64,000 nt of DNA from IMG/VR virus record IMGVR_UViG_3300034073_003542, positions 62,001 to 126,000 of that record, one strand, 5' to 3'. The position numbers and the translations under genes were made by a program. This document shows positions 1 through 9,196 of this stretch, piece after piece (the stretch's first letter is position 1; every line of letters begins with the position of its first letter). The notes under the pieces are model-generated. The model was not told where the DNA came from. It did no database searches and saw only the letters and a program-made list of their open reading frames with translations.

Positions 1-629
1 CATTAGTAAGATCAACTTGAATAGGAAGATTGTCCTTATCAATTAGCTGGGCCTCAAGAAATAGCTGACTACCGAAAATCGTCTTGAGATATTCAACGTG
101 TTTCACGCCTAGCTCTAACCAGTTTTCTCGCAATCGCCCATAGTCTTCAACAATTTCATCTGCTAAACTTGATCCTAAATGACCAGTTATACCTATTAGA
201 TTTCCACTATTCAATTTCTTAATGGACTCAAAATCTAGTCTTGGTTTATAATAGAAATTTTCAGGTAAATTACTTGTGGAAACAATTTTAATCAGATCTT
301 TCCATCCTTGTAGGTTTTTGCATAAAACTAAGAAGTGAGACAAACTTTTATTTGATTCATCTTGAATTGTTGGATCATTTTTACATATATATAACTCGCA
401 ACCCAAAATAGGTTTGATTTTTGCTGCTTTTAAGCTCTTATAGAATTTTACAACGCCCGCTATGGAGCCGTGGTCGGTAATAGCACAAGCTGTTGCTCCG
501 ATAGCTTTGCATCTTTGAGCAATTTTGTCTGTTTTGCTGAGTCCGTCAAGCAAAGAAAAATGCGATTTACGAATGGACGTGTAGCGGCACATACCTGGCC
601 GACACGTCCAAAATTTTCTCCTCTGTCAT
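1..629 (-). CDS. dnaE: DNA polymerase III alpha subunit, N-terminal PHP domain (runs off window edge); frame interrupted by a 7-nt gap at 563-569
   Basis: Manual translation, not in ORF track: ATG at 629 gives MTEEKILDVSARYVPLHVHS-stop(TAA 567-569). The +1 frame continues SHFSLLDGLSKTDKIAQRCKAIGATACAITDHGSIAGVVKFYK...KPILGCELY...HFLVLCKNLQGWKDLIKIVS...FYYKPRLDF...GITGHLGS, hallmark DnaE PHP motifs. Confidence 0.92.
574..610 (-). other. GC-rich RNA hairpin immediately 5' of the dnaE coding gap
   Basis: Perfect 9-bp inverted repeat TGGACGTGT (574-582)/ACACGTCCA (602-610) enclosing a 4-bp stem CGGC (585-588)/GCCG (598-601), a 2-nt bulge and a 9-nt loop. Confidence 0.75.
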
Positions 630-631
630 AA

Positions 632-1678
632 TTATTCTATTGTTCCTGGAGCCTTATAATGAGCAACACTATAGTCTTTTGGTTGATATTTCTTGATGGT
701 ATCATTCATACCCATTAGATTAATATCGTGTCTGATTTGTTCACACATAGTCATTGGTGATCCGTTCTCGCATACTTGACCGTCGCGGTACTCTATAATA
801 GGCAGAATTGTGGGATGTCCAACAAACGTGTTTTTACCGAAATAGCAAAACTTCTTACATCTCCACGATTTAGAAAGTTTTGGTTTCTTGCATCTTTTAA
901 TTGCCTCAAATTTAACACGAAGCATTTCTTCGGTTTCGGCCAAATCATCCTTGCTAAAACACACAGAAAAAGGTCCGCCATCATTAATAAAATTGATAGT
1001 CACAATAATATGTTCATATTGAGGATACATTTTACTAATAGCATAATGATATATTCTTAATTGAGGGTCTTTGTAGAGTTTGGCTAAGGTTTTTTCTTCT
1101 CCTGTCGCCCAATCTTTTCTTCTTCCTGTTTTTAAATCGATAATTTCTAATGTATCTTTATTTTCCTGTACTATAAGGTCTATTGTTCCTTTGATTCCTA
1201 ATTTTCCCCTAATTTTTCCTTCAGGTAAATCGTACTCATAATTCGCCCATTCTTTATCAATAATGATATCAAAATGTCCCTCACTACTAAAGATGTTTCT
1301 GTTGCGTGGATCAAACATCCCATTGTGTGATGTGAGCATCGTATTGACCCATTTGAGGCATTCTTTTAAATCTTTGGGTGTCCAGACAAGGTTTTTAGAT
1401 GCGGCCGTGTAATGATCGTATATGGATTTGGTCAATTTTTCGACATTATACTTTTTAATATCAATCTTGCCAATCATATCATCTGTATAAGATTTTGTAC
1501 CATTTTGTTCACATAATTTAATTTCGGCCAAAATTTCCATAACCTTATGGCAAATACTACCTTTATCTGCTGCTTTTCCTGATGGGCTTTTAATACCAAT
1601 ATTATATTCAAGAAAATAGGCGTGTTCACAGAGGCTATGTGTGTTATATGATGAACTTCTGAGATATGTTATTATCAT
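632..1678 (-). CDS. PD-(D/E)XK exonuclease, Cas4/AddB/RecB-like, probably Fe-S binding
   Basis: GTIDLI...IIDLKTG nuclease motif, QLRIYHYA motif, N-terminal Cys (SLCE) plus C-terminal CxxxC...C cluster. Confidence 0.8.
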   Translation of the reverse strand: MIITYLRSSSYNTHSLCEHAYFLEYNIGIKSPSGKAADKGSICHKVMEILAEIKLCEQNGTKSYTDDMIGKIDIKKYNVEKLTKSIYDHYTAASKNLVWTPKDLKECLKWVNTMLTSHNGMFDPRNRNIFSSEGHFDIIIDKEWANYEYDLPEGKIRGKLGIKGTIDLIVQENKDTLEIIDLKTGRRKDWATGEEKTLAKLYKDPQLRIYHYAISKMYPQYEHIIVTINFINDGGPFSVCFSKDDLAETEEMLRVKFEAIKRCKKPKLSKSWRCKKFCYFGKNTFVGHPTILPIIEYRDGQVCENGSPMTMCEQIRHDINLMGMNDTIKKYQPKDYSVAHYKAPGTIE

Positions 1679-2319
1679 AATTTTCCTTGTAAAAATTTTC
1701 TTATCATATTATTCCGGTCTTCAATACTTAGCTCACCAGGAATAATACAATCAAATATAGATTGATCACATTGATCTGGATCTAAACCTCTTTCGCTCAT
1801 AGCCTGGGAATTAAAAGGATTTCTTTCCAATTTTATAATGATTCCTCCGCGATTCTTGACGGCAGCGCCCTCATTAGCACCAAACCTTAAATCGTTTATC
1901 AAGGCAATAGCTGGTCGGTCTTTATCTATAAGTTTTAGCGTAGCATCAACCCAAACATCTTCATACATACGCCTAAAAATGCCCGTACCAACAAATTCCA
2001 TAACCTCACGAGCGGTCATAAATCTTTGAGCTTCGATATGATTTTTAACAGGCCATGGATATTGATCAGTCCCCCAGCCAGGCATATCAACCCATTTTAA
2101 TTTAGTGGGAGTATTTTTATCTTCATCAGAACCATAACATTGTTTATATGTTAATCCTAAGATATTGATACAGACATCTCGTTTTAGAGGATCAGCAAAG
2201 CTGTAAATTTTAACATTACCAAGAATGAATTTATCTAAATACAGTCTCTCAACAAACTCTGCACTAGTAGATTTCCCACTTTGTTTTTTGCCCGCAAAGG
2301 CTATGATTTTAGTCATCAA
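1675..2319 (-). CDS. Deoxynucleoside monophosphate kinase (phage dNMP kinase)
   Basis: N-terminal P-loop GKKQSGKST, SFADPLK, REVMEFVGT, DLRF motifs of T4 gp1-like kinases. Confidence 0.85.
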   Translation of the reverse strand: MMTKIIAFAGKKQSGKSTSAEFVERLYLDKFILGNVKIYSFADPLKRDVCINILGLTYKQCYGSDEDKNTPTKLKWVDMPGWGTDQYPWPVKNHIEAQRFMTAREVMEFVGTGIFRRMYEDVWVDATLKLIDKDRPAIALINDLRFGANEGAAVKNRGGIIIKLERNPFNSQAMSERGLDPDQCDQSIFDCIIPGELSIEDRNNMIRKFLQGKL

Positions 2320-2338
2320 ACATATCTCCGTTTAGTTA

Positions 2339-2392
2339 TCAATCATCCATCATAAGTAAAAATAACACAAATAGTATTACAAATATTGGCAT
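2339..2392 (-). CDS. Possible 17-aa hydrophobic micropeptide MPIFVILFVLFLLMMDD
   Basis: Fills the primase-kinase gap exactly, starting 5 nt after the primase stop; no homology evidence. Confidence 0.3.
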   Translation of the reverse strand: MPIFVILFVLFLLMMDD

Positions 2393-2396
2393 AGTT

Positions 2397-3554
2397 TTAT
2401 AACCTCAGTTTTTGTATAGCTTCTTTAATTTCAATCTCAATTTCTTCCGAAGATAATTCGGCAACGTCATTTTTAGATATCTTTAATCTATATGTCTTAT
2501 AGGTATTTTGGCACTTCTTTATAATTTTTTCCGCAGCTATATCTCCAGGTCCATCATTATCGGTAAGGATGATAAGATTCATAGCGCCGCTACCATCTAA
2601 TAATATCTTTTGAAAGTCGCTCATGTTAGTTCCAAATATCGCTACTGCATTATGTATCCCGTTTTCTTCTAATTTCCATACATTACCTGGGCTTTCAACA
2701 ATGATTGCTGTAGCAGAATCTTGAATGTATTTTTTAGCGAACCACATATTATATAGGTGATTTTCTGTTTTAGATCCAAAGCTATGTTTCCATTTACTAT
2801 AAAGATATGCGTAAGCGGGATCGGGACACGCCCCTGTATGATATAATTCACACTTATCACAAACTGGTAATATAGAGCGGCCAGTACATCCAACCATATA
2901 AGAGTAACTATTATCATAAATAGGAACAACAACACGATTACTCATACTTTTGTGTTGTTCCTTACATAAACCAACATCATATTTACGCAATATTTCTGCG
3001 CTATATCCTCTATCAAGATAATATTGGGCGGGTATTTCAAGTTTCTTTATTATTTGATTTCTTGTTATTTTGCTGTCTGGTTCATCTATTGATTTCTGCA
3101 TATATCCAATCATACTAGAAAACTTTTGTTTTTCTTTGAATGTTTTGGATACCTTAATATCTTTAAGTGATTTATTTAGAAATTTCTCTATAAAGGTAAT
3201 AGTATCTTCAAAACTCACCATAGGATCGCCATTCTTGGTCCAATTTAATTGTTCGCGTGAAAGTATACCGCGAACAAAACCTATTATGGAACCCTTGAAA
3301 ATTTCGTGACAGTTATGTGTTCTACACTTCCAGTTTCCTCTATAAGTATCTCCTTCTGGATAAATGTTGATGGCGCTCTCATTGTCTCCACCATGAATGG
3401 GACACGACATAGTAATCATACGATTAGCGTATTTGTAATCGATGTGATATAAATCTAAAAACTCTTCTATTTGGTCACAAAGACTGTCACACAAGATTTT
3501 TAGCTTATACTGATCAATCAAACGGGATTTCTGGTTCATTATTGTCGTTGTCAT
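2397..3554 (-). CDS. dnaG: DNA primase (zinc finger + TOPRIM)
   Basis: CPIH...WKCRTHNC zinc-binding domain, YYLDRG, RVVVPI, TOPRIM motifs IVESPGN and LTDND; adjacent to DnaB. Confidence 0.88.
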   Translation of the reverse strand: MTTTIMNQKSRLIDQYKLKILCDSLCDQIEEFLDLYHIDYKYANRMITMSCPIHGGDNESAINIYPEGDTYRGNWKCRTHNCHEIFKGSIIGFVRGILSREQLNWTKNGDPMVSFEDTITFIEKFLNKSLKDIKVSKTFKEKQKFSSMIGYMQKSIDEPDSKITRNQIIKKLEIPAQYYLDRGYSAEILRKYDVGLCKEQHKSMSNRVVVPIYDNSYSYMVGCTGRSILPVCDKCELYHTGACPDPAYAYLYSKWKHSFGSKTENHLYNMWFAKKYIQDSATAIIVESPGNVWKLEENGIHNAVAIFGTNMSDFQKILLDGSGAMNLIILTDNDGPGDIAAEKIIKKCQNTYKTYRLKISKNDVAELSSEEIEIEIKEAIQKLRL

Positions 3555-5412
3555 CTTTTAGTTCGAAACCATCCTCTTCTTTATTATTGCCGTTCATAAT
3601 TTCTAATTTGGTTTTGCCCTCTGTAATTTTGGCACACCATCCCTTCATATGACAATTGATATAGTCATTACTGTCTAATCCTCCTCCGTGCCTACTAACA
3701 ATTGGAATTAGTTTACGATTACCATTATTAGGTCCGTCTTGTGCTAATTCTTCATCTGTTTTCTTTTTGAAGATAGAAAAATTAGAACACAACCATATGA
3801 TTCGGTCTGATCCACTAGCTGCCGACGTATCTTCCGAATTAATTCCGTCACGGTTTAGCTGCATAAAAGCTAGAATTGGAACCTGATAACGAACTGCAAA
3901 ATTATGTAAGCTGGTCATCATAAACCCAAGAACTTGATATTCTTTCATATCTTGAGAAATACCCTTACTATCCATTAATTTCAGATAGTCATAAATAATA
4001 ACACATGGTTTAGCATGGCCGTTTGCGTCGAGTCCAACTTCTTTTAGTAACCATCTACGCATAATAGCTAATTGTTCTTCGAACTCCATACCAGCTATTG
4101 TTTTGTAAAATAGTTTAGCTTGTTTCAATTCGTTAGCGGCTTCAAAAACCTTCTGTTTAATATTGGGCGATTGAGCAAATGTTCCTTTTTCGATAGAATT
4201 GATTTCTGTTTCCGTCATCATAGCCAATATTCTATATTTATGATCTTTGATGCTCATTTCAGTATCCATATTCAATACTGGTAGTTTATGGGTACAGGCT
4301 ATATATCGACCCATATTATCAGCCATTTGAGTTTTTCCAGTATTTTTTGTAACAACATAATTATCTGTTACATAAAGCTCGGCTTTTGTATTAACACTAA
4401 TACATTGTACTATTTTTTTGCCAATATTTTCTACTTTAGCTATCTGGTAATAAACTAGATCATTATTTATAAAGACAGGTATTTGCCAGTTTAATACATT
4501 ACTACTATACATTAATTCTTTTAGAGTAGTTTTGATTGGATGTTGTGAATTTATTTGTTTAGCTAGCCAAAAATGGTCAGAACAACATTCGGCATAGGCT
4601 CCATTAGACAATGTTATTCTATATACTTCTTTTTCGCCAAAAGGATAAACTCCTATAACTTCACACGTTGCGTTATTTTTTGACGGATCTACCAAAATAT
4701 CGCCAATCTTAACGTCACCCATTCTAATCCAACCATTTGGTGTTAAAATTTTAGCATCAAGAGGTTGCGCTTTTGGCCTCGCCCCAATAACATTGACTGT
4801 TCCTTTTCTTAATCCACCCCCAATAGATTGATCAAAAATAGGAAATCCTGTTGGAATGCCTACTTGGTCTACTGGATTATCTATTAGGTCTTGTAGAAAA
4901 CTATCTATATCTTTACTAATTTCTTCTGGATGATTTTCTGTGTCATTTAATAGAGAAGAGAAATCAAAAATTGCATCTTCTGCAATACCCAAAATATTCG
5001 TTACTGTTTCATTTCCCGTAATATCTAGCAGCTTATCTCCTGCTGTTTCAAGCTGTGTTCTAAGAAGACGCGCTATTTCTAGTTTACGTATTTTTGCAGC
5101 AAACCTTCTAACATTATCTATTGCTACTGGAAACTCCAAAATAGCTTTTAAATGCAGAGCTTCTTCTTTTTTTTCTATTTGTTGGGTTAGAGTTAAATCT
5201 TGGGCGGCGCTATAAATACTCGCCAAATCAATCTTAGAGAACTTATTGTTGTGTTCACAAATATGTTTAAGAATCTTGTATATTACTACATTACTATCAA
5301 CAGTAAAAGTAGAGGGTTGTATAATATCTGCGACATCTAAGTACGCATCTTCTCCATAACGACAAATTCCAGCCAATACCGCTCGTTCTGCCGCAGGATC
5401 GCATAATATCAT
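3514..5412 (-). CDS. dnaB: Replicative DNA helicase with mini-intein
   Basis: AERAVLAG N-terminus, GIPTGFPIFDQSIGGGL, Walker A GARPK|TGKT split by an intein, MDTEMS, IIYDYLKLM, FMQLNR. Confidence 0.93.
   Translation of the reverse strand: MILCDPAAERAVLAGICRYGEDAYLDVADIIQPSTFTVDSNVVIYKILKHICEHNNKFSKIDLASIYSAAQDLTLTQQIEKKEEALHLKAILEFPVAIDNVRRFAAKIRKLEIARLLRTQLETAGDKLLDITGNETVTNILGIAEDAIFDFSSLLNDTENHPEEISKDIDSFLQDLIDNPVDQVGIPTGFPIFDQSIGGGLRKGTVNVIGARPKAQPLDAKILTPNGWIRMGDVKIGDILVDPSKNNATCEVIGVYPFGEKEVYRITLSNGAYAECCSDHFWLAKQINSQHPIKTTLKELMYSSNVLNWQIPVFINNDLVYYQIAKVENIGKKIVQCISVNTKAELYVTDNYVVTKNTGKTQMADNMGRYIACTHKLPVLNMDTEMSIKDHKYRILAMMTETEINSIEKGTFAQSPNIKQKVFEAANELKQAKLFYKTIAGMEFEEQLAIMRRWLLKEVGLDANGHAKPCVIIYDYLKLMDSKGISQDMKEYQVLGFMMTSLHNFAVRYQVPILAFMQLNRDGINSEDTSAASGSDRIIWLCSNFSIFKKKTDEELAQDGPNNGNRKLIPIVSRHGGGLDSNDYINCHMKGWCAKITEGKTKLEIMNGNNKEEDGFELKDDNDNNEPEIPFD
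4342..4770 (-). mobile_element. 143-aa mini-intein in DnaB Walker A (class 3-type, Ala1, ends TKN)
   Basis: AQPLDAKILTPNG...CCSDHFW...VQCISV...YVTDNYVVTKN|T; removal restores GARPKTGKT; no endonuclease domain. Confidence 0.9.
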
Positions 5413-5432
5413 TAAACATCAACCTCCTTTTA

Positions 5433-5846
5433 TTAGCCCGGATTCATAGCACAACCATTACATTTATATCGAGCTTTATCGAACACAAAATCAGAAGAAA
5501 CTTTTTCTTTATCTCCGCATACCCTGCACCTCACCTCTATCATATTGGCTTTTCGGCTTCTTGGCGAAGGAGGAAGTTTGTTTAGTTTCTTATCAATAGC
5601 CACATCGCTCTTAAACATACTTTTTTCGCTCATTGTGTCGAACAAATTTGTCGATGTTTTTCTGGCGCGACTTGGCTCAGTTTTTGATTTTGGTGTCGAT
5701 ACTTTTTTAGTTTTGGTCTTTGGGCGACCCCGTTTTTGTGTTGATGATGTCGAAGTATCAACCTCTTCATCGTCTACTTCTTCTGTTGTTAATCCTTTTT
5801 GGAGAATAGCTATTAGCTGTTTAATATCATCATTATCAAGTGGCAT
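5433..5846 (-). CDS. Hypothetical protein with C-terminal Cys4 zinc ribbon
   Basis: CRVC...YKCNGC; acidic and basic low-complexity N-terminus. Confidence 0.6.
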   Translation of the reverse strand: MPLDNDDIKQLIAILQKGLTTEEVDDEEVDTSTSSTQKRGRPKTKTKKVSTPKSKTEPSRARKTSTNLFDTMSEKSMFKSDVAIDKKLNKLPPSPRSRKANMIEVRCRVCGDKEKVSSDFVFDKARYKCNGCAMNPG

Positions 5847-6327
5847 TTTTCACCTTATTTCTTTGTATAGCTAATAGTATATCAGATAGGCTCTTAGTAC
5901 TATTTGCTAGGTAACTTAATCTGTCAGAACGTTGTTTTGCGAATAGTTTAATTTTTTGTAGGGCTTGAGCGCTATCGTTGTGTTTTATTGCTTGTATGCT
6001 TTTTTCTATATAGCCATAACCTTTGTAGTTATTAATATCGTCAGCAATCACTTCCTTAACTTTCTCTTCTGCCCAATTTAGTCTTGCTAATTCTCTATTG
6101 ATTGTTCTTTGTAGATGAAAAGAGTATTGGGCTAGACGATAGCTTATTTGGGCACAATCTTCTGGCCCTAATTTTTCTAGGGCATTTCTATCCATTGTTA
6201 AATATGTATTAAGTTCTTCTTCTGGAAGTATAGTGGGAGCATATTTTGGTAATCCTATACTTTGTTCGTATTCATCAAGGATTTTATCCCAACTTTGAAT
6301 TTGATCTTTTGCAGTTTGATTACTCAT
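5836..6327 (-). CDS. Hypothetical helical/coiled-coil protein in recombination operon
   Basis: Long amphipathic helices; translationally coupled to neighbours. Confidence 0.55.
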   Translation of the reverse strand: MSNQTAKDQIQSWDKILDEYEQSIGLPKYAPTILPEEELNTYLTMDRNALEKLGPEDCAQISYRLAQYSFHLQRTINRELARLNWAEEKVKEVIADDINNYKGYGYIEKSIQAIKHNDSAQALQKIKLFAKQRSDRLSYLANSTKSLSDILLAIQRNKVKNAT

Positions 6328-6721
6328 TAAGTAACGCTCCCCAATTTTCTATTTGATTGTAAGGAAAGACTATATATTTAATTCCATTAATTTCACACCA
6401 TTCTTTTTTCTCATTATCCCTTTTTTGTCCCAATAAAAATTGCAGCTTGTTGGTATGGAAAAATGGACAAAACTCATAATGTTGTTCTCCATGAACTTCT
6501 ACACATAATTTTTTAAGAGGCAAATAAAAGTCCAGATAAAGAGTTTCATTGCGACGTAAGGGAATTGGTACTTCTTCTAATAGTTGTAGGGTTGGATACG
6601 TGTCAACTAGTAGTTTTCTTGCCGCTAAATGATATTGGGATTTGTTTATATCATTAGCTTTAGCAAAATTGCCAGTAAGATTCCAATTATGTAACTGGTT
6701 ATCTAAATCTTTTATTCGCAT
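6320..6721 (-). CDS. Vsr/DUF559-like restriction-fold endonuclease
   Basis: LYLDFYLP...VEVHGEQHY...RDNEKKEWC motif. Confidence 0.7.
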   Translation of the reverse strand: MRIKDLDNQLHNWNLTGNFAKANDINKSQYHLAARKLLVDTYPTLQLLEEVPIPLRRNETLYLDFYLPLKKLCVEVHGEQHYEFCPFFHTNKLQFLLGQKRDNEKKEWCEINGIKYIVFPYNQIENWGALLNE

Positions 6722-8757
6722 TTAATACCCATAGTTTCCTTAACTGTTTTTAGTAAATCTAGATATACTTCTGGATGTTCTACTAGATAGTTTCTTACTT
6801 TTTCTATTCCTTGGAATTTTGGGGTATCTTTGACCGTTTTGAGCGTATACCAAGCGCCAGCCTTTGTAATTAAGCCCATATCGGCAGCTAGGTTAGCTAC
6901 GTCCGTTTGTTTATCTAGACCTTGACCGTATCTTAAATAGGCTGTAGCTGTACGATTAGGAGATCCTAGTGACGACCAAACAACTTGCCATTCAACTTCT
7001 TGACCAATTTGTTCTCCGTCAGTAGTTAGTGTCCAACCAGTAGTTTTTTTTGCTCGTAGCTTAACATCGGTCTGATATGTTATGGCCTGTCCACCCTTTT
7101 CTTTCCATTCTGATCCATAGCCAGTTGGATTACCCATTAAATGTGTAATGCCTATGACTATGTTTTTGTTGACCGGAATAACATTTCCAACCTTTCTACA
7201 GAACTTAGCTAATAGCTTTGCTCCGTCTGCTCGTTGCATTTTATCCATGTCACTGGTAATTTCAGCTTCTGTACACAGAGCGGAATAGCTGTCTACTATC
7301 AATATACAGCCAGGAACTTCATTGATAATTTTTTCTCCTATCTGGAGATATTCTTCTGCGTGTAAAATTTTCCCTTCTTGCGATCCTATGACATGGAAAC
7401 GATTTAAGTCTAGTCCAGATATACCTTCTAAGTCTCGCTTTTTAAGTCTACCTTCAATGTTTAGATAATACACTTCACGCGGTTTCTTAAGTGTTCCTTG
7501 GTATTCTGATTTTTGTGCAGTAGCGGCGAAATCTAAAGATAAACTAGTATTGTGCGTTACAATAAAATCATTTGTTAAATATAGTCCGTCTGGATTTTCG
7601 ATTTTAATACACATAGCTTCTTCGTTAGCGACCTTTTCAACTTTTGTAATTGTTCTAAATAAGTTAGGTTTGATTCTCACTTTTCCGGTCTTTTTTCTAG
7701 GAAGACTAAATAGTTTATCTAGAGTATTTCCACTAATAGTTAATCTATAGGATGGAAATTTTTTGCCATTTTTGCCAGAATAGCTAGTGAATCTTTTCTT
7801 GATTCTACACAAATAACCTAGGCTTTGTGCTAATTCTTGTACATCTTTAGCTAGCTGTTTCGATGTTGTAGAGTACTCTGTTCTATTTCTCTCCATATTA
7901 GATCCGTCTGTGTCCATTAATCCTTGCATTAATTTAAAGCGATTAGTCGTGCTAGCATATAAATATTCTTTAGGAATAAATTTGTTATGTGAATTTTTAC
8001 CAAATAAGTTTAGTGTTTTTAATTTGGCTCTAAGAGTATTTTCAAGCAAGAGTCCTCCACCAAAATTACCACTAATTGAATAGTCATATTTATCTTTACG
8101 TTTAAAAGATAAGTTATTTTCGTCACAATATTTTTGGAATTTGTCTAAAATATATTCATCTCCACTAGATATTATTATCGATTTAGTAATGCCTCCATCA
8201 CCAATCAAACATCCTAAAATATATGGATCTATTGGTAGCCTTTTTTCTTGTTTAAAATAAACAGGCTTAGTAACTGGAATCTTCCATTTCCATCTATCAG
8301 TATATTTTAATCCTTCGTCTAATATTTCTTTAAGAGTAATAGTTTTCCAATTTGTTTGTCTATTATTTTTTGATACAGTCCAGTTATGATCTAATCCACA
8401 ATAGGTTTTGGACCCATCATTAAATGTTACTCGATATATATCTTTTTTCCCTTGTGGGAATAGGCCAACAACTTTAGTGGTTTTACCATTAGGGCTGCAT
8501 ACCAAATCTCCAACTTTTAGGTTTTTTAGTTGTGTTGGTCCTTTAGGTGTGTAGATTATATCTGTTAATCTTTGTAGTTTACCTACTTTGGGCTGACCAG
8601 TTAATATAAAAAAACTGCCTTCTGGAACCCCACCATTGAGAGCAATATCAAGTCCGGGGCTAATAGGAATAATAACCTGTTTTCTATCAATAATGCTATT
8701 AGCGCTCGAAATTATATTTTCGCCAAATTCTTTACTAATATCTTCTTTAACTGCCAT
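6712..8757 (-). CDS. recA: RecA/UvsX recombinase with LAGLIDADG intein
   Basis: ISPGLDIALNGGVPEG, Walker A GQPKVGK|TS split by an intein, YLNIEGR, LIVDSYSAL, KGGQAITYQTDV, LRYGQGLD. Confidence 0.92.
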   Translation of the reverse strand: MAVKEDISKEFGENIISSANSIIDRKQVIIPISPGLDIALNGGVPEGSFFILTGQPKVGKLQRLTDIIYTPKGPTQLKNLKVGDLVCSPNGKTTKVVGLFPQGKKDIYRVTFNDGSKTYCGLDHNWTVSKNNRQTNWKTITLKEILDEGLKYTDRWKWKIPVTKPVYFKQEKRLPIDPYILGCLIGDGGITKSIIISSGDEYILDKFQKYCDENNLSFKRKDKYDYSISGNFGGGLLLENTLRAKLKTLNLFGKNSHNKFIPKEYLYASTTNRFKLMQGLMDTDGSNMERNRTEYSTTSKQLAKDVQELAQSLGYLCRIKKRFTSYSGKNGKKFPSYRLTISGNTLDKLFSLPRKKTGKVRIKPNLFRTITKVEKVANEEAMCIKIENPDGLYLTNDFIVTHNTSLSLDFAATAQKSEYQGTLKKPREVYYLNIEGRLKKRDLEGISGLDLNRFHVIGSQEGKILHAEEYLQIGEKIINEVPGCILIVDSYSALCTEAEITSDMDKMQRADGAKLLAKFCRKVGNVIPVNKNIVIGITHLMGNPTGYGSEWKEKGGQAITYQTDVKLRAKKTTGWTLTTDGEQIGQEVEWQVVWSSLGSPNRTATAYLRYGQGLDKQTDVANLAADMGLITKAGAWYTLKTVKDTPKFQGIEKVRNYLVEHPEVYLDLLKTVKETMGIKCE
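7549..8577 (-). mobile_element. 343-aa intein with LAGLIDADG homing endonuclease in RecA (class 3-type, Leu1)
   Basis: LQRLTDIIYTPKG...CGLDHNW...LGCLIGDG...LMQGLMDTDG...AMCIKI...FIVTHN|T. Confidence 0.92.
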
Positions 8758-9193
8758 TATTTTGCTCCTCTGTATCTTCGTCTAGGGATTTCAATTTAGA
8801 TAAGATATTATTAACTGTTGGAATTTTTCTATCAAACTTAATATCTTTTTTTCTTTCTAGATTCATTTTTAGTTCTTTGTTCTGTGAATCTAAAAGTTTC
8901 TGCTCTTTCTCTATAATAGCAATCAAACTGGGCGCTCGCAAAGAGTATAATCTCTGTGCTTTTGGATCTCGTAACGCTTTAACTATTGCTGCTGGATCAT
9001 ACTTTTTAACAAGCTTATTTGCTGTAGCTATTTGGTTTCTATAAAAAGCCGCCCATTCTTTAGATACCCAAAATCGATAGTGTAGATCTTTTTTATCGTA
9101 TCGAGCCTTATTTTCACAGATTATCTCTGTAATATATTGAGCAGCGGTAACGGTTTTGCCGTTACTATACTTGGAAGGATATCTATTAGACAT
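8747..9193 (-). CDS. Hypothetical protein
   Basis: 148-aa ORF coupled to recA; no recognised motif. Confidence 0.6.
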   Translation of the reverse strand: MSNRYPSKYSNGKTVTAAQYITEIICENKARYDKKDLHYRFWVSKEWAAFYRNQIATANKLVKKYDPAAIVKALRDPKAQRLYSLRAPSLIAIIEKEQKLLDSQNKELKMNLERKKDIKFDRKIPTVNNILSKLKSLDEDTEEQNNGS

Positions 9194-9196
9194 TGA

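Noticed and set aside
563-569. Self-splicing intron or stop-codon reassignment as the explanation for the dnaE break
   Set aside because: 7 nt cannot form a group I/II core; reading through TAA would stay in the wrong frame (next stop after IAFFFA); TAA is the normal stop for many genes here. An intron remnant or assembly error is not excluded.
632-1678. Cas4-like gene as part of a CRISPR-Cas system
   Set aside because: No cas1/cas2, effector or array; sits in the replication operon, as stand-alone phage Cas4-like nucleases do.
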